DNA from: an uncultured delta proteobacterium
GTDB lineage: Bacteria; Bdellovibrionota; FAC87; UBA2466
Length of the DNA stretch: 64,000 nt
Reading direction: 5' to 3'
NCBI GenBank assembly: GCA_963778115.1
Contig: CAVZSV010000001.1
Coordinates: forward strand, 96,001-160,000
The notes beneath the pieces are model-generated. The model did no database searches. It saw only the letters and a list, made by a program, of their open reading frames with translations, and was not told where the DNA came from. Below, piece by piece: positions 47,709 to 57,749 of the stretch (positions within the stretch are counted from its first letter, which is position 1; every line of letters starts with the position of its first letter). Position numbers and translations under genes: made by a program.

Positions 47709-49661
47709 ATGTCCAAAACTTTGATGTTGATCGAAACGCACGAGGCCAACGCTATTCCGAGCTCAAGTCTCTACGTCTATTTACTTGAGGCTAAGAACCC
47801 CGACCAAAAGATTTTCGTCGTTCATTTTCGAAATGTAAGCTTCGTTGCCGTTCCAGAGCATCACCTGATCCTTTGGGACTCCAGGCCTCGCGTCGAGGCC
47901 ACGGCGGGCGAGATAGAAGCGTCGTGGGACGAGCTTCGATTCAATCAGGATAAACTCTTGAAGGTCTGCCTTCCCGCCATTCCCTCTCACTACCCGGGAA
48001 AACCTACCAGAGGAACCCTGGGCTGTAGCATCACCCACTTGCAGGCCCTTCAAAGTAGGCGGAATCTCGTTTCGGAAAAGGAGTTCCTTCCATCAACCAA
48101 TGTAAAGACGCTCGGGCAATATGACACGCCGTTCTGGTTAGCTTTGAATTCAGCGAAGACTTTGTTACAGAGCGTACGTGTTACTGAAGATAGTACTTTC
48201 ACTGACCCAATGGCAGGCGAAGGATCCTTTCTCGAGGCTGCTCTTCACCTTTGGCTGCTGGCCTTCATCAGCAGACTCTCGCTCGGTCGAACCAATTCGG
48301 TTGAATTAAGCCAAAAACTCGCAGCAGCCCTAAGAACACACAAAAGGCGAAATCTCTATGGAATTGAGGTAGACGTCTGCCGAATAAGGGCGCTGAATTC
48401 GAATTTTTCTGAAATCCTGAAGCAACACTTTCTCTCATCATACGATGTTGCGATAAATTCCAATTTTTTCAGTCCTGAAATTGGAACTAAACGCATCGAT
48501 TATGAATCGACAATCTTTCTCGGTAATCCTGGCTGGGATGTTATTGAAGCAGTTAACTCAGTTCGATCGCGAGCAGGGACCAAGGTAACCCAAACCTTAA
48601 GCGTTGAAGAGACTCTGTTGCAGCAAAGAGAATTGATAGTCAGATCTTTTAACAGCACTTTCAATAGCACCCTCTCAGCTCGGGACTGTCGCAATATTTA
48701 TTCGCTAACCTTAGCCCAGTGCTTAGTTCTATCTAAGTTCAAAGCTCCTGTTTGCTTAATTCTTCCGAAGGGCGTTCTCGGCGACCAGGGCACTGCGGAG
48801 CTTCGGCGCGTAATCCGCCTAAATGGGCCCTCCGTCCTAGTGGACGAGATAAAGAATAAGGCATGCGGGGCTAGAATATTTCCGGCAGTAGATGCAAGGG
48901 TACAGTTTTGTACTTTAGGAGTAGTACCCTCTCCTCGAAAATCCAACTCCATCTCGGTTCGTTCACATGACATTCACTATAATCCAGATCGACCCTATGT
49001 CTCGCTACCCTGGAAATGGACCACTGCACATTTAGGAGCGCATGAACAGTGGATCGCATTGCGAGACAATACCGAAAAGACTCTGTTGAAGAAAATGGTT
49101 CGGTTTCCAAAACTTGAATCGCACTCCACTCTCCGTTTTTATGCCGGGTCCCCAAAGAAAGACGGCCAAAGAAGTATCGAAGGGAAAGACTTCGAACAAT
49201 TTCGGCTACGCACTCGACACAGTACAGACTCCACTGCCGACTGCGTGTTCATTCGAAAAATCCTATCGAATGGCTCACGCAAACTGATTGCAGCGACCGC
49301 TTTAACATCCATGAAGATCTCAGATAGCGTTATTTGCATCGAAGCTAGTTCCGATTTGAATGAACCTTACTATTTAAGCGGGGTACTCAATAGCCTGGTG
49401 GGTGAATACCGATTGCGGTTATTCCAATCGAACATAAATTTGAATCTCTGGAAACTGAAAGAGTTCCATATTCCGGAGTACGACAAAACCGACCCTTTGC
49501 ATCGGGAGATTGCGTCACTGGCTAAGAGATTAGAAAGACGTCCATCCGTACCTTTTTTGGCGAAACTCGAAAGCCTTGTCCGCTCTCTTTTTTCAATTAC
49601 CGCATCTGAGGCCGAAGCAATTAGGGCTCGTATTACTAGTGTTGATGAGGCGGTAGCATGA
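47709..49661 (+). CDS. Amino-DNA methyltransferase-like protein (Eco57I/TaqI-like) with atypical motif IV
   Basis: GQYDTP, motif I DPMAGEGSFL, LYGIEVD, motif IV GNPGW, TRD-like YLSGVLNS. Confidence 0.75.
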   Translation: MSKTLMLIETHEANAIPSSSLYVYLLEAKNPDQKIFVVHFRNVSFVAVPEHHLILWDSRPRVEATAGEIEASWDELRFNQDKLLKVCLPAIPSHYPGKPTRGTLGCSITHLQALQSRRNLVSEKEFLPSTNVKTLGQYDTPFWLALNSAKTLLQSVRVTEDSTFTDPMAGEGSFLEAALHLWLLAFISRLSLGRTNSVELSQKLAAALRTHKRRNLYGIEVDVCRIRALNSNFSEILKQHFLSSYDVAINSNFFSPEIGTKRIDYESTIFLGNPGWDVIEAVNSVRSRAGTKVTQTLSVEETLLQQRELIVRSFNSTFNSTLSARDCRNIYSLTLAQCLVLSKFKAPVCLILPKGVLGDQGTAELRRVIRLNGPSVLVDEIKNKACGARIFPAVDARVQFCTLGVVPSPRKSNSISVRSHDIHYNPDRPYVSLPWKWTTAHLGAHEQWIALRDNTEKTLLKKMVRFPKLESHSTLRFYAGSPKKDGQRSIEGKDFEQFRLRTRHSTDSTADCVFIRKILSNGSRKLIAATALTSMKISDSVICIEASSDLNEPYYLSGVLNSLVGEYRLRLFQSNINLNLWKLKEFHIPEYDKTDPLHREIASLAKRLERRPSVPFLAKLESLVRSLFSITASEAEAIRARITSVDEAVA

Positions 49662-51421
49662 AAGACTTTCGTAACTCCTATGCAGGTGTGATTCTTCAAA
49701 TCCTTATGGATAAAGGCCCCCTAAATATCGATAACATCTGCGATGAATTTCTATCCCGGAAATATAGCGTAAAGAAGGATGATCTTAAGAAGAATAAAAG
49801 CAGCAGGGAGGGGGAAGAGTGGTTTCGGCAGCGCCTCAGAAATCACCTTCGAAGTGCTAGGCCGTTACTAATCAAGAAGTTCGTTCTTCGGGACAGCAGC
49901 GGAATTTACAAAATCACTAGCCGCGGCGAAAAGTACTTCGAGACCACCTTCGGAACAAAAAAGAAAGCTGAGCCAGAAAAAGTACCAACGGCTGAAATGT
50001 CGATTGAAAACATCGACAATGAGCTCAGGGGTCTTCTTCCATTGTGGTACCGCGAAAATATTAGACAGATTATCTTAGCCGGGCCTCCTGGGACTGGAAA
50101 AACCCGCCTCGCAAAATTGATTGCCGATACTGGAATTCTCACCGCCGGAGAACTGCCCATTTACTACAGTGAGCAACAAGACCGTTACTGCACTCTGCTA
50201 CAATTCCATCCCTCCTATTCTTATGAGGACTTCATTGAGGGGTTGAGGCCAACCCAGAACAATCAGAGCAATCTGTTGTTTACAATTCAGAGAGGGCCAT
50301 TCTGGAATTCTTGCGCATCTGCTTTGAATACCGCGGTGCTCGGTGTACGTACTGAGAGGTCGATACAATTCGAGTCTCACCAGGTATCACATCTTCTGAG
50401 GCTCGATCCGGACACGGTCGAACTCGTATTGCTGCAGGCTGGAAAGATTTTGTCTCGTATTCCCGCACCCATCATAACAGTAGAGGGCAGCAATGCACAT
50501 GTCGCCCTACCAAACAATCTACCAAGCGGAGACCTGCAATGTGCACTTCGAATTAGTGATGCTATTCTGCCGCTCTCTGAAAAGGGAGACCAAGTACCGA
50601 CGGGTGGAGGAGAGGAAGAGTTGGAACATTTTCAAACCTCAGATTCAGCCGAAAAAGATGTTTGGCTCCTCGATTCGGCATTGCGAGTAGTGGGGACCGG
50701 CCGATTCAATGCCGAATCACGAAAGGTAACAGACTCTCAGGTATTCCCCGTTGTCGGCTCTGACGCAGACTTTAAATTCATTCAGCCGAAAGATGTCCAC
50801 TTCATAATCATAGATGAAATCAATCGGGCCAATGTAACTGAGGTGTTCGGGGAGTTACTGATCCAACTAGAATATAGACTTGGCTCAGCTATGAACGTTT
50901 CGGCGCGGTTGCCCTATTCCAAAGACGCGCTATTGATACCCGACAATCTTTTCGTAATCGGAACAATGAATAATTCAGATCGCGCTCTCATTCGGATGGA
51001 TCGCGCACTTCTAAGGCGATTTCACGTCATTGAGCTGGTTCCGAGCCCGAACGTCTTGAAGGGCACCGTCATTGATGGCATCGATTTAGAGAAACTTTTG
51101 AGGACAGTTAACTTCAGACTCCTTAAGGTTTTTGGGTCCGACCTAAGCTGCCAGGTGGGACACGCTTACCTCACCAAAGTAATGGAAAATAAGTCTGCTG
51201 AGACGCTAAAACGCATCTGGTACTTTGAAATTTTTCCGCTTGTATTGGATTTTTGCGAGCAGGACATGGAACAACTTGCCGCGACCAAGCTATTTCCGAC
51301 TTTTCAAAAGGGGATTGCTAACACTCAAATTTTTGTCGAGTTACCAACCGACAAATTTTTATCCTTTCTGAAGACAATAATAGAGGAAGACGTAGAAGAG
51401 CTTTCCTCTAGGGCGGCTTAG
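49658..51421 (+). CDS. Second McrB-like AAA+ protein with N-terminal wHTH
   Basis: GPPGTGKT, FHPSYSYEDFIEG, IDEINRAN, GTMNNSDRA, LLRRF, VGHAY. Confidence 0.9.
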   Translation: MKDFRNSYAGVILQILMDKGPLNIDNICDEFLSRKYSVKKDDLKKNKSSREGEEWFRQRLRNHLRSARPLLIKKFVLRDSSGIYKITSRGEKYFETTFGTKKKAEPEKVPTAEMSIENIDNELRGLLPLWYRENIRQIILAGPPGTGKTRLAKLIADTGILTAGELPIYYSEQQDRYCTLLQFHPSYSYEDFIEGLRPTQNNQSNLLFTIQRGPFWNSCASALNTAVLGVRTERSIQFESHQVSHLLRLDPDTVELVLLQAGKILSRIPAPIITVEGSNAHVALPNNLPSGDLQCALRISDAILPLSEKGDQVPTGGGEEELEHFQTSDSAEKDVWLLDSALRVVGTGRFNAESRKVTDSQVFPVVGSDADFKFIQPKDVHFIIIDEINRANVTEVFGELLIQLEYRLGSAMNVSARLPYSKDALLIPDNLFVIGTMNNSDRALIRMDRALLRRFHVIELVPSPNVLKGTVIDGIDLEKLLRTVNFRLLKVFGSDLSCQVGHAYLTKVMENKSAETLKRIWYFEIFPLVLDFCEQDMEQLAATKLFPTFQKGIANTQIFVELPTDKFLSFLKTIIEEDVEELSSRAA

Positions 51422-51426
51422 CAACT

Positions 51427-52737
51427 ATGCCTGGGCAACCCATATTTCTCGTTCTGACTTCAGCAAATCCCTTGGAGCTCCATTCCAACGATATCCCTCC
51501 TGTTCTGCTTAAGCGATACAAGGACGAAGAGTGGATCAGAACCTCGGAGAAAGATGGGCAGACGACTATCAAGTCGAATGGCTTTGTCGGCTGTCTACCA
51601 ATGGGAGAGAATAAGAGACTCATTATTCCCCCCGCAGGATTAAGTTTGCCAGACAGTACGTCTATTTACCGTTTAATCAGTTTCATGATCGATACGTTCT
51701 CCTATTATGAGGATATAAGTACCAGCTTTGGATCGAACCGATCGTCGATGTATCCCTTAAGTGAAATCCTCCCTCGCGAAAAGCTAATAAGCCTCTTCAG
51801 AGAAGAGCTTGAACGTTTAACCGAATTTCCGCTTCCCAATTTCGTTAGAAAAGAAGCCGTGGCCTGGAAAATGAAAGGTAGGGTAAGGGCGACAACGCTT
51901 TGTAAGGCTCTGTTCATAAAACCGAGGGCTGGGATCAATTGTTCCTATCCATCTAGAAGCATAAATAGCCCAGAGAATCAGCTTATCAAGCTTACGATTA
52001 GTGAATTGTTAAAGGGGAGACTCCGGGCACTCGATGCCAAAGATAAGACCTTCTTCTCAAAAGCATTCGCTCGCCTTACGGACGTTAGTTATTCTCCGCT
52101 AGGGACATTTCAGTATTCTTACTTCAAAAATGTCAATTCTAGATACAAACAGATACTCGCCCTATGTAATTTGATTCTCTGGAAATTTTCTTTTTCTGCA
52201 GCAAGGGATGTTGTGACTCTCGGTGTTCCAATAGTGAAGCCAGACTACAATGTGTTTGAAAACCTTGTGCGTGCCGCATTTAAGAGGACCTTTGAAAACG
52301 CATTAACGATTCCGTATGTGGTTTCCTCAAAGAGTGAAATTACCTTTAATCCTGATCTCATTCTTCCGGATGGGTCAAATGCCACTCATCTTGTTCTCGA
52401 CATGAAATTTAAGAAACTGCCTCGAGAGCAGCACGGTGTAGACAACAAGGCAGACGTCTACCAAATAATCAGCCATTCACTCGCAGTGAAGGAAGCAACG
52501 TCACTTGGTCTTGTCTATCCAAAACTAGACGTCGTTCCGGAAAGGATCAACATCCTAGTGTTAGATAAACTTACGCCCAAGAAGGCAGTTACCGCGATTT
52601 GGCTGAATCAAAATGAGTTATTTGAATTCGTGACGTCTAAAGCACCCAGTCCGGGCGTTGGAAAAATGCTGGAAACTGTTGTGAAGGAGCTTCAACGGGT
52701 TCAGGACCAACTCCTAATTCAAAAGGCGGCCGCTTGA
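51427..52737 (+). CDS. Second, divergent McrC-like nuclease
   Basis: MKGRV, ENQLIK, VFEN, NPDLIL…LDMKFK, ADVYQI. Confidence 0.8.
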   Translation: MPGQPIFLVLTSANPLELHSNDIPPVLLKRYKDEEWIRTSEKDGQTTIKSNGFVGCLPMGENKRLIIPPAGLSLPDSTSIYRLISFMIDTFSYYEDISTSFGSNRSSMYPLSEILPREKLISLFREELERLTEFPLPNFVRKEAVAWKMKGRVRATTLCKALFIKPRAGINCSYPSRSINSPENQLIKLTISELLKGRLRALDAKDKTFFSKAFARLTDVSYSPLGTFQYSYFKNVNSRYKQILALCNLILWKFSFSAARDVVTLGVPIVKPDYNVFENLVRAAFKRTFENALTIPYVVSSKSEITFNPDLILPDGSNATHLVLDMKFKKLPREQHGVDNKADVYQIISHSLAVKEATSLGLVYPKLDVVPERINILVLDKLTPKKAVTAIWLNQNELFEFVTSKAPSPGVGKMLETVVKELQRVQDQLLIQKAAA

Positions 52738-52743
52738 AGGTCA

Positions 52744-53565
52744 CTAAGCCTTCTTGCGAAGATTGAAAAAGGTTCTCCTTGAGAGCCCCGTCTCATCTAT
52801 GAACCTTCTTACCTGCTCGTATACAGGTAAGCCGCTCCGCGCAAGAACCTGAAGGACCGCATCCGGCGACTTCTGCCCACAAAATAGCCTCTCGATTAGT
52901 AACTCCCATCTCTCGGGAAACTGCTCGGCGAGTTCATAACCTAAACGAAGAGTTCTAAGATTTACCTTCGCCATGTGGCGGAGCCTGGAATTCAAAAACT
53001 CGCCTACTTTGTTCGCTATTTCGCTGTTCGGATAAACCTCCCTGTTTTTGGCCGCCTCTAACAGAAGATCAGACCGCTCCGCCTCATTTCCGAGTATAGG
53101 CAAATACAGTGCACGAGACAAAAAGCTCTTTGTCTCGATGCCCTGCCCCATCGAATTCACCAAAAGAATGAGCTTCCCAGTGAAGTCGATTGGGATCACC
53201 CCCTCATCCTTCTCCCCCGAACCCCACATCAATAGGCGCTTTTCGTCCGGCCCACTTACTGGCCACGTAGCGGACTTGAGAACTGACAAGGCTATCGGGT
53301 CCGACAGAATCCCACTGCAATCATCAACCACGACGAGCGCATTGGGGGCCTGGCGCAACGACGTATAGAGATGGTAGGCCGTCGTGTAAGTGCTGATGCA
53401 CTCGTAGTGTAAATTCTTCTCCCTCAGAGTTTGGGTTATGGCAGACGACTTGCCCCACCCAGGCGGGCTCTCAATGACGAGCGCGTGAAAGGTTTTACTG
53501 GCTAAAAGGACGTCAACGAAGACACGGATATCTTCTAGGTGTTTCACGGTTCCCCCTTTGGCCAA
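52744..53565 (-). CDS. P-loop ATPase with C-terminal HTH
   Basis: SPPGWGKS, LVVVDD, C-terminal TGLSRRTFF. Confidence 0.65.
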   Translation of the reverse strand: MAKGGTVKHLEDIRVFVDVLLASKTFHALVIESPPGWGKSSAITQTLREKNLHYECISTYTTAYHLYTSLRQAPNALVVVDDCSGILSDPIALSVLKSATWPVSGPDEKRLLMWGSGEKDEGVIPIDFTGKLILLVNSMGQGIETKSFLSRALYLPILGNEAERSDLLLEAAKNREVYPNSEIANKVGEFLNSRLRHMAKVNLRTLRLGYELAEQFPERWELLIERLFCGQKSPDAVLQVLARSGLPVYEQVRRFIDETGLSRRTFFNLRKKA

Positions 53566-53594
53566 GCGCGCGGTAGTGCAATTGCACTTCGTGC

Positions 53595-55538
53595 CTAGGC
53601 GGTTTTACGTCGGGTCGCTTTGTGTGCGTTTCTCTTTACTAATTTAAAGTGCAAAAGATTGTGCTTTGGAACCAAGCGGGCCGAGTGCAGCAAGCAGGCA
53701 TTCTGAACTTCGGTGTCATTCGCTCGTCCAGTGACGAGAGCGCTTTGGCCTTGGAGTTTAAACTGAACGATGGCGTCCAGGCCATTCCGCTCATTTTCGG
53801 AAAATTCGTAGTCACACAGGAAAAAGGTTCGGGATACAAGTCGTTGATGGCTGCTAATCCAAGTCTCGAGTTCCTGCGGTGAGTAAAGATGCACGATCTT
53901 GAGGCCAAAGTCCGCTAGCTTCAGGTCCCAGGCTAGGTGGACACTGCTGTCGTCATCAGTGACGACGATGTGGGAGTACCTAGTCAGGTCAACACTCGGG
54001 AAAAACCAGGCTGGTGCCGCAATGCTGGGGAGTTCAAACCTGATGGTCGTCCCTTTCTTTTCTTCCGACTCAATCGAAAGGGATCCCCTGTGATCAGCGA
54101 CAACCGCCATCGCAAAGTTCAATCCGAGGCCGCTTCCCCCAGGCTTTCCAGCGGAAAATCCTCGCATCCCGACCTTGGGAATCAGATCGGCCGGAATTCC
54201 CCGTCCGTTGTCCTTTACCGTAACTACGGCGCTCGTATTACTGCCCTGAAGCGAAACAGTGACGTCTCCCTTGTCGGTGATCGCTTCGACGGCATTATCA
54301 ATAAGGTTAGATATGCCTCGCTTTATCTCGTCTTCGCGGATTTCAGCGAAGACAGGCCGTTTGGGAAGAGAGAGCTTTAATGTGACGGGCAAATCTTTGT
54401 ACTGAACCTTCTTCTCTTCGAAGATCCCACTCAATATCGAATCTAAGCTGACTGCTGGAAGTTTCACTGTTTGAGGAGAAGTCGTTGAGTTCTTTTTGGT
54501 TAGAATGGACTGGGCCATGGACTTAATTCGGTTAAGGCAGCCGCTCATGGCCTGAAAGTTATCCGAATCCATGTCATCGAGGCTGTTCAAAAGCATCTCC
54601 AGAGCGGAAACTGGGGACCGTAAGTCGTGTGCCACTTGCTCAGCGAGTCGAACTCTTGCGGCCTGCGTTTCGACTTCCCGATACTTCTCGATCGCCTGGG
54701 CAAAGGTGTGCAGGTTAGTGGCAAGAGTATTGTTCTCTGCCATGAAGTGGCGGGTCTTCTCTATTACGGGTGCCTTTCCCTGTTCGAGATCAAGGACCGA
54801 TTTCCGAGATTTCTCTAGCAGAGAGCGAAATCCCACCAGGAATCCGCGCTCCAGAAACAGATAGAGAATTCCCGCGAAGAGACCAAAACAAAGTAATCCG
54901 ATGAGAAGAAGACCGTGGAGCAATTTCGACCTGAGCTGATTAGCAAAAGTTGGGTCAGGTACAATCTCCGCTGCCATTGTGTTGTTTCCGGCCTCATAGA
55001 GTGAAAAAGTGTTGGGTCGCTTCTCAACCTCCGAAACTGGTATAGCGTAGAACTTCACTTTGCTATTGTTGATCTCGTGAACCCGGCGCTCGAGATATTC
55101 GTCGAAGTGAAATCCTATAACCAATACCTTGCCCCGATTTTTTATGAATCCAATGAGACTTGGGTAGTTCTTATGGTTAAGTACCCAGTACGTGACGCTA
55201 TCCGTCTTCGCCGAATTCTCCAGGTCACTCCACGGAATCTCTGAGTCGGAAGGATACTTGCCAGGAACAAAGTATTCCGCCACTTGAACTTTAGCTTGTC
55301 GCTTTAGGGCGTCCAAATCGAGCTTCGGGGCTTGCTCGGCAACCCAGACGATTTGCTCGACCCGTTCCTGTTTTGATTTAACGACCGCTTTGATCTGCTC
55401 GCGAACCCTATGAAGTTCTGAATTTCGGAGTTCTTCAAAACCTCCGCCAAGGATTGAGTCTGTTCGCGTAGCAAAGAGAAGAACAAGAAGGCCGAAACTG
55501 GCTGCGAACAGAGCAAAGAAATAGTTTCGAAGGCGCAT
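53595..55538 (-). CDS. Sensor histidine kinase with C-terminal receiver-like domain
   Basis: QVAHDLRSP, NLIDNA, DNGRGI, GSGLGL; C-terminal IVVTDDD…FLCDY. Confidence 0.9.
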   Translation of the reverse strand: MRLRNYFFALFAASFGLLVLLFATRTDSILGGGFEELRNSELHRVREQIKAVVKSKQERVEQIVWVAEQAPKLDLDALKRQAKVQVAEYFVPGKYPSDSEIPWSDLENSAKTDSVTYWVLNHKNYPSLIGFIKNRGKVLVIGFHFDEYLERRVHEINNSKVKFYAIPVSEVEKRPNTFSLYEAGNNTMAAEIVPDPTFANQLRSKLLHGLLLIGLLCFGLFAGILYLFLERGFLVGFRSLLEKSRKSVLDLEQGKAPVIEKTRHFMAENNTLATNLHTFAQAIEKYREVETQAARVRLAEQVAHDLRSPVSALEMLLNSLDDMDSDNFQAMSGCLNRIKSMAQSILTKKNSTTSPQTVKLPAVSLDSILSGIFEEKKVQYKDLPVTLKLSLPKRPVFAEIREDEIKRGISNLIDNAVEAITDKGDVTVSLQGSNTSAVVTVKDNGRGIPADLIPKVGMRGFSAGKPGGSGLGLNFAMAVVADHRGSLSIESEEKKGTTIRFELPSIAAPAWFFPSVDLTRYSHIVVTDDDSSVHLAWDLKLADFGLKIVHLYSPQELETWISSHQRLVSRTFFLCDYEFSENERNGLDAIVQFKLQGQSALVTGRANDTEVQNACLLHSARLVPKHNLLHFKLVKRNAHKATRRKTA

Positions 55539-55539
55539 C

Positions 55540-56931
55540 TTAGCTCACCTTCTTTCCGTCCGGCATGGACAGGCCTAATCGCCTTACTGTGCGCCGAAAT
55601 GAAGAAAATGGTACGCCAAGCTTTCTGGCGGCCTCGCGCTGAGACCGCGAACTCGCGATCGCATTTTGATATGACTGGCGAAGTACATCGTCCATCCGCT
55701 TACCCAAGGTGGAGGTTCCCTCCAAATCGGGGACATAGGCCGTATCAAACTTCCCGTCCAGGTGGCTCTTGCTGATGACGTCGTCCGGAACTTCGGTCAG
55801 GAGGGCGAGAACATCATCCTGGAGTTCGCGCACATTACCGGGCCACGGGTATCGCTCCATGGCGCGAATGGTCTGGGCCAGAAACTTCTTCTCAGGTCCC
55901 TGGTGCTGCTTGTTGTACCTTTCGCAGAAGTGAAGAATAAGAGGCTCAATGTCTTCCGGTCGCTCACGTAAAGGCGGAATAGTGATCCGAACCGTCTTTA
56001 ACCGGTAATAAAGATCTTCTCGGAAGGCCTTTTCCTTCATGGCGCGTTCCAAATCGACATTCGTTGCGGTAAGAATCCGGACATCGATCGGAATTTCAGC
56101 GTTACTGCCCAAGGGGGTGATCACTCTCTCCTGAAGCACACGAAGAAGTTTCGCTTGGGTAGAAAGGCTCGTCTCTCCGATTTCATCTAAAAACAGTGTC
56201 CCGCCGCTTGCATACTGGAACTTGCCAAGCTTTTTTTGTGCGGCGCCGGTGAAAGATCCTTTTTCATGACCGAAAAGCTCGCTTTCTAAGGTTTGTTCGT
56301 GAAGGGCCGCACTGTTTACCGCTACAAATCTCTGTCCTTTGCGTGGGCTGCAACGATGAATCGCTTTGGCGATCATTTCCTTACCAACGCCCGTTTCACC
56401 TAGGATCAAAATGGCAGCTCTGGGATCGCTAGTCTGAAGCGCAATGATCTTCTTAGCAATCGCAGCCAGTTGCGGAGACCGACCAATAAGACCAACAGAT
56501 TGAATAAATCGTTCACTCTCGGATGGAGAATAGGAAGGAGTCGCGATCTGATTGGTCTCCTCATACTTTCTCGTCCATGCGCGAACCGTTTCGATGAAGT
56601 AATCTGCCCCTTTTGCTTTTTCGATAAAGCCAAGAGCTCCAGCTCTCCAAGTGGCAAGGGCTGCCATCTGGCTCGTGTTACCCGAGTGAACTAAAACGTA
56701 GATGTTCTTTTTTGCATCGAGGATTCGCCGAGCGGTTTCAGCTCCATCCCATCCGGGCATCTGGTAATCGACAATGGCTACTCCATATTCGCTGGGAGTG
56801 GCTTTGATCTTCTCCAAGCCCTCTTCTCCGCTAGCCGCGGTTTCCACGTTGAAGCCGTGCTTTTCAAGCAACGCCTTCATTCCGGCAATGCTGAATTGGT
56901 CATCGTCTATGAGTAGGAGCCTAAACCTCAT
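55540..56931 (-). CDS. Sigma54-dependent NtrC-family response regulator
   Basis: Receiver domain, GETGVGKE, ESELFGHEKGSFTGA, LFLDEIG, WPGNVREL, HTH. Confidence 0.95.
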   Translation of the reverse strand: MRFRLLLIDDDQFSIAGMKALLEKHGFNVETAASGEEGLEKIKATPSEYGVAIVDYQMPGWDGAETARRILDAKKNIYVLVHSGNTSQMAALATWRAGALGFIEKAKGADYFIETVRAWTRKYEETNQIATPSYSPSESERFIQSVGLIGRSPQLAAIAKKIIALQTSDPRAAILILGETGVGKEMIAKAIHRCSPRKGQRFVAVNSAALHEQTLESELFGHEKGSFTGAAQKKLGKFQYASGGTLFLDEIGETSLSTQAKLLRVLQERVITPLGSNAEIPIDVRILTATNVDLERAMKEKAFREDLYYRLKTVRITIPPLRERPEDIEPLILHFCERYNKQHQGPEKKFLAQTIRAMERYPWPGNVRELQDDVLALLTEVPDDVISKSHLDGKFDTAYVPDLEGTSTLGKRMDDVLRQSYQNAIASSRSQREAARKLGVPFSSFRRTVRRLGLSMPDGKKVS

Positions 56932-57002
56932 TCATCCTCCAATAACTGCCTCTCCCAGGGGTTTCGTAGTCCCCTCAATCGATACAAAGCAACGGTAGTG
57001 CC

Positions 57003-57018
57003 AGCTAATTTCGTGCCT
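57003..57018 (-). promoter_or_regulatory. Probable sigma54 promoter of the regulator-kinase operon
   Basis: Minus strand AGGCACGAAATTAGCT (GG-N10-GC), about 70 bp upstream of 56931. Confidence 0.6.
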
Positions 57019-57503
57019 GAGACCGCCATTTCCGTGAACCGTGTGACGCGCAGCGTAATGGGCCAACGAAAAGAAAACCCTCTAAGTGCCGGAACTCAAT
57101 CGTCAAAGGCCTGGGCGAACCAAATGCGCCGATTTGGTTCACCAAAGGACAATTTATGGCCGCTCCAGACTCTAAGTGCTTGAGAACGCTAGCCAGAATG
57201 TCGCCCAATTTCCGTGAACCAGATTGGTCCACGTGCCTGGTAGGAAGCGCTCGAACCAGACCTCACGTTTTGAACATTAGGGGCTCACGACTAACCCCTT
57301 GATGAAATTCAGATCCAACTTTTTTCGAACCCATTGAGTTCACAGATTCCGGTCCATTCGCACTCCCCAGATGTTTTCCTCAGAACCGATTTTTCTTTCC
57401 TTCCCAATACAAACGAGTGAACCGCCGTCAGTTGGCACAAAGACGAGAGCTTCTTGCAATAGATCTTAGTGAGAGCACAAAAACTTTTTAACGGAGATAA
57501 ACG

Positions 57504-57749
57504 ATGTCTATCAACCCCTGTCCTCGTTGCTGTTGCCACAGCTATGAGCGGTTACATAGTTACTCGCACTGCTTCAATTGTTTTTACGTTTTCGATCCCT
57601 GCAACAACCTAAGAAGTGAACGGCACTTGCGTGAGGCAGTACAGCTACTCAGACAATACTCCAAAAATAAAAATCGCAGTTCGGCTGGCTCAAAACAAAG
57701 CCGCATCATTGTACAAGCGTCAACATTTCAACCGGAGGCAACTCTGTGA
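57504..57749 (+). CDS. Small zinc-ribbon-like protein
   Basis: CPRC…CFNC; GGAG RBS. Confidence 0.55.
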   Translation: MSINPCPRCCCHSYERLHSYSHCFNCFYVFDPCNNLRSERHLREAVQLLRQYSKNKNRSSAGSKQSRIIVQASTFQPEATL

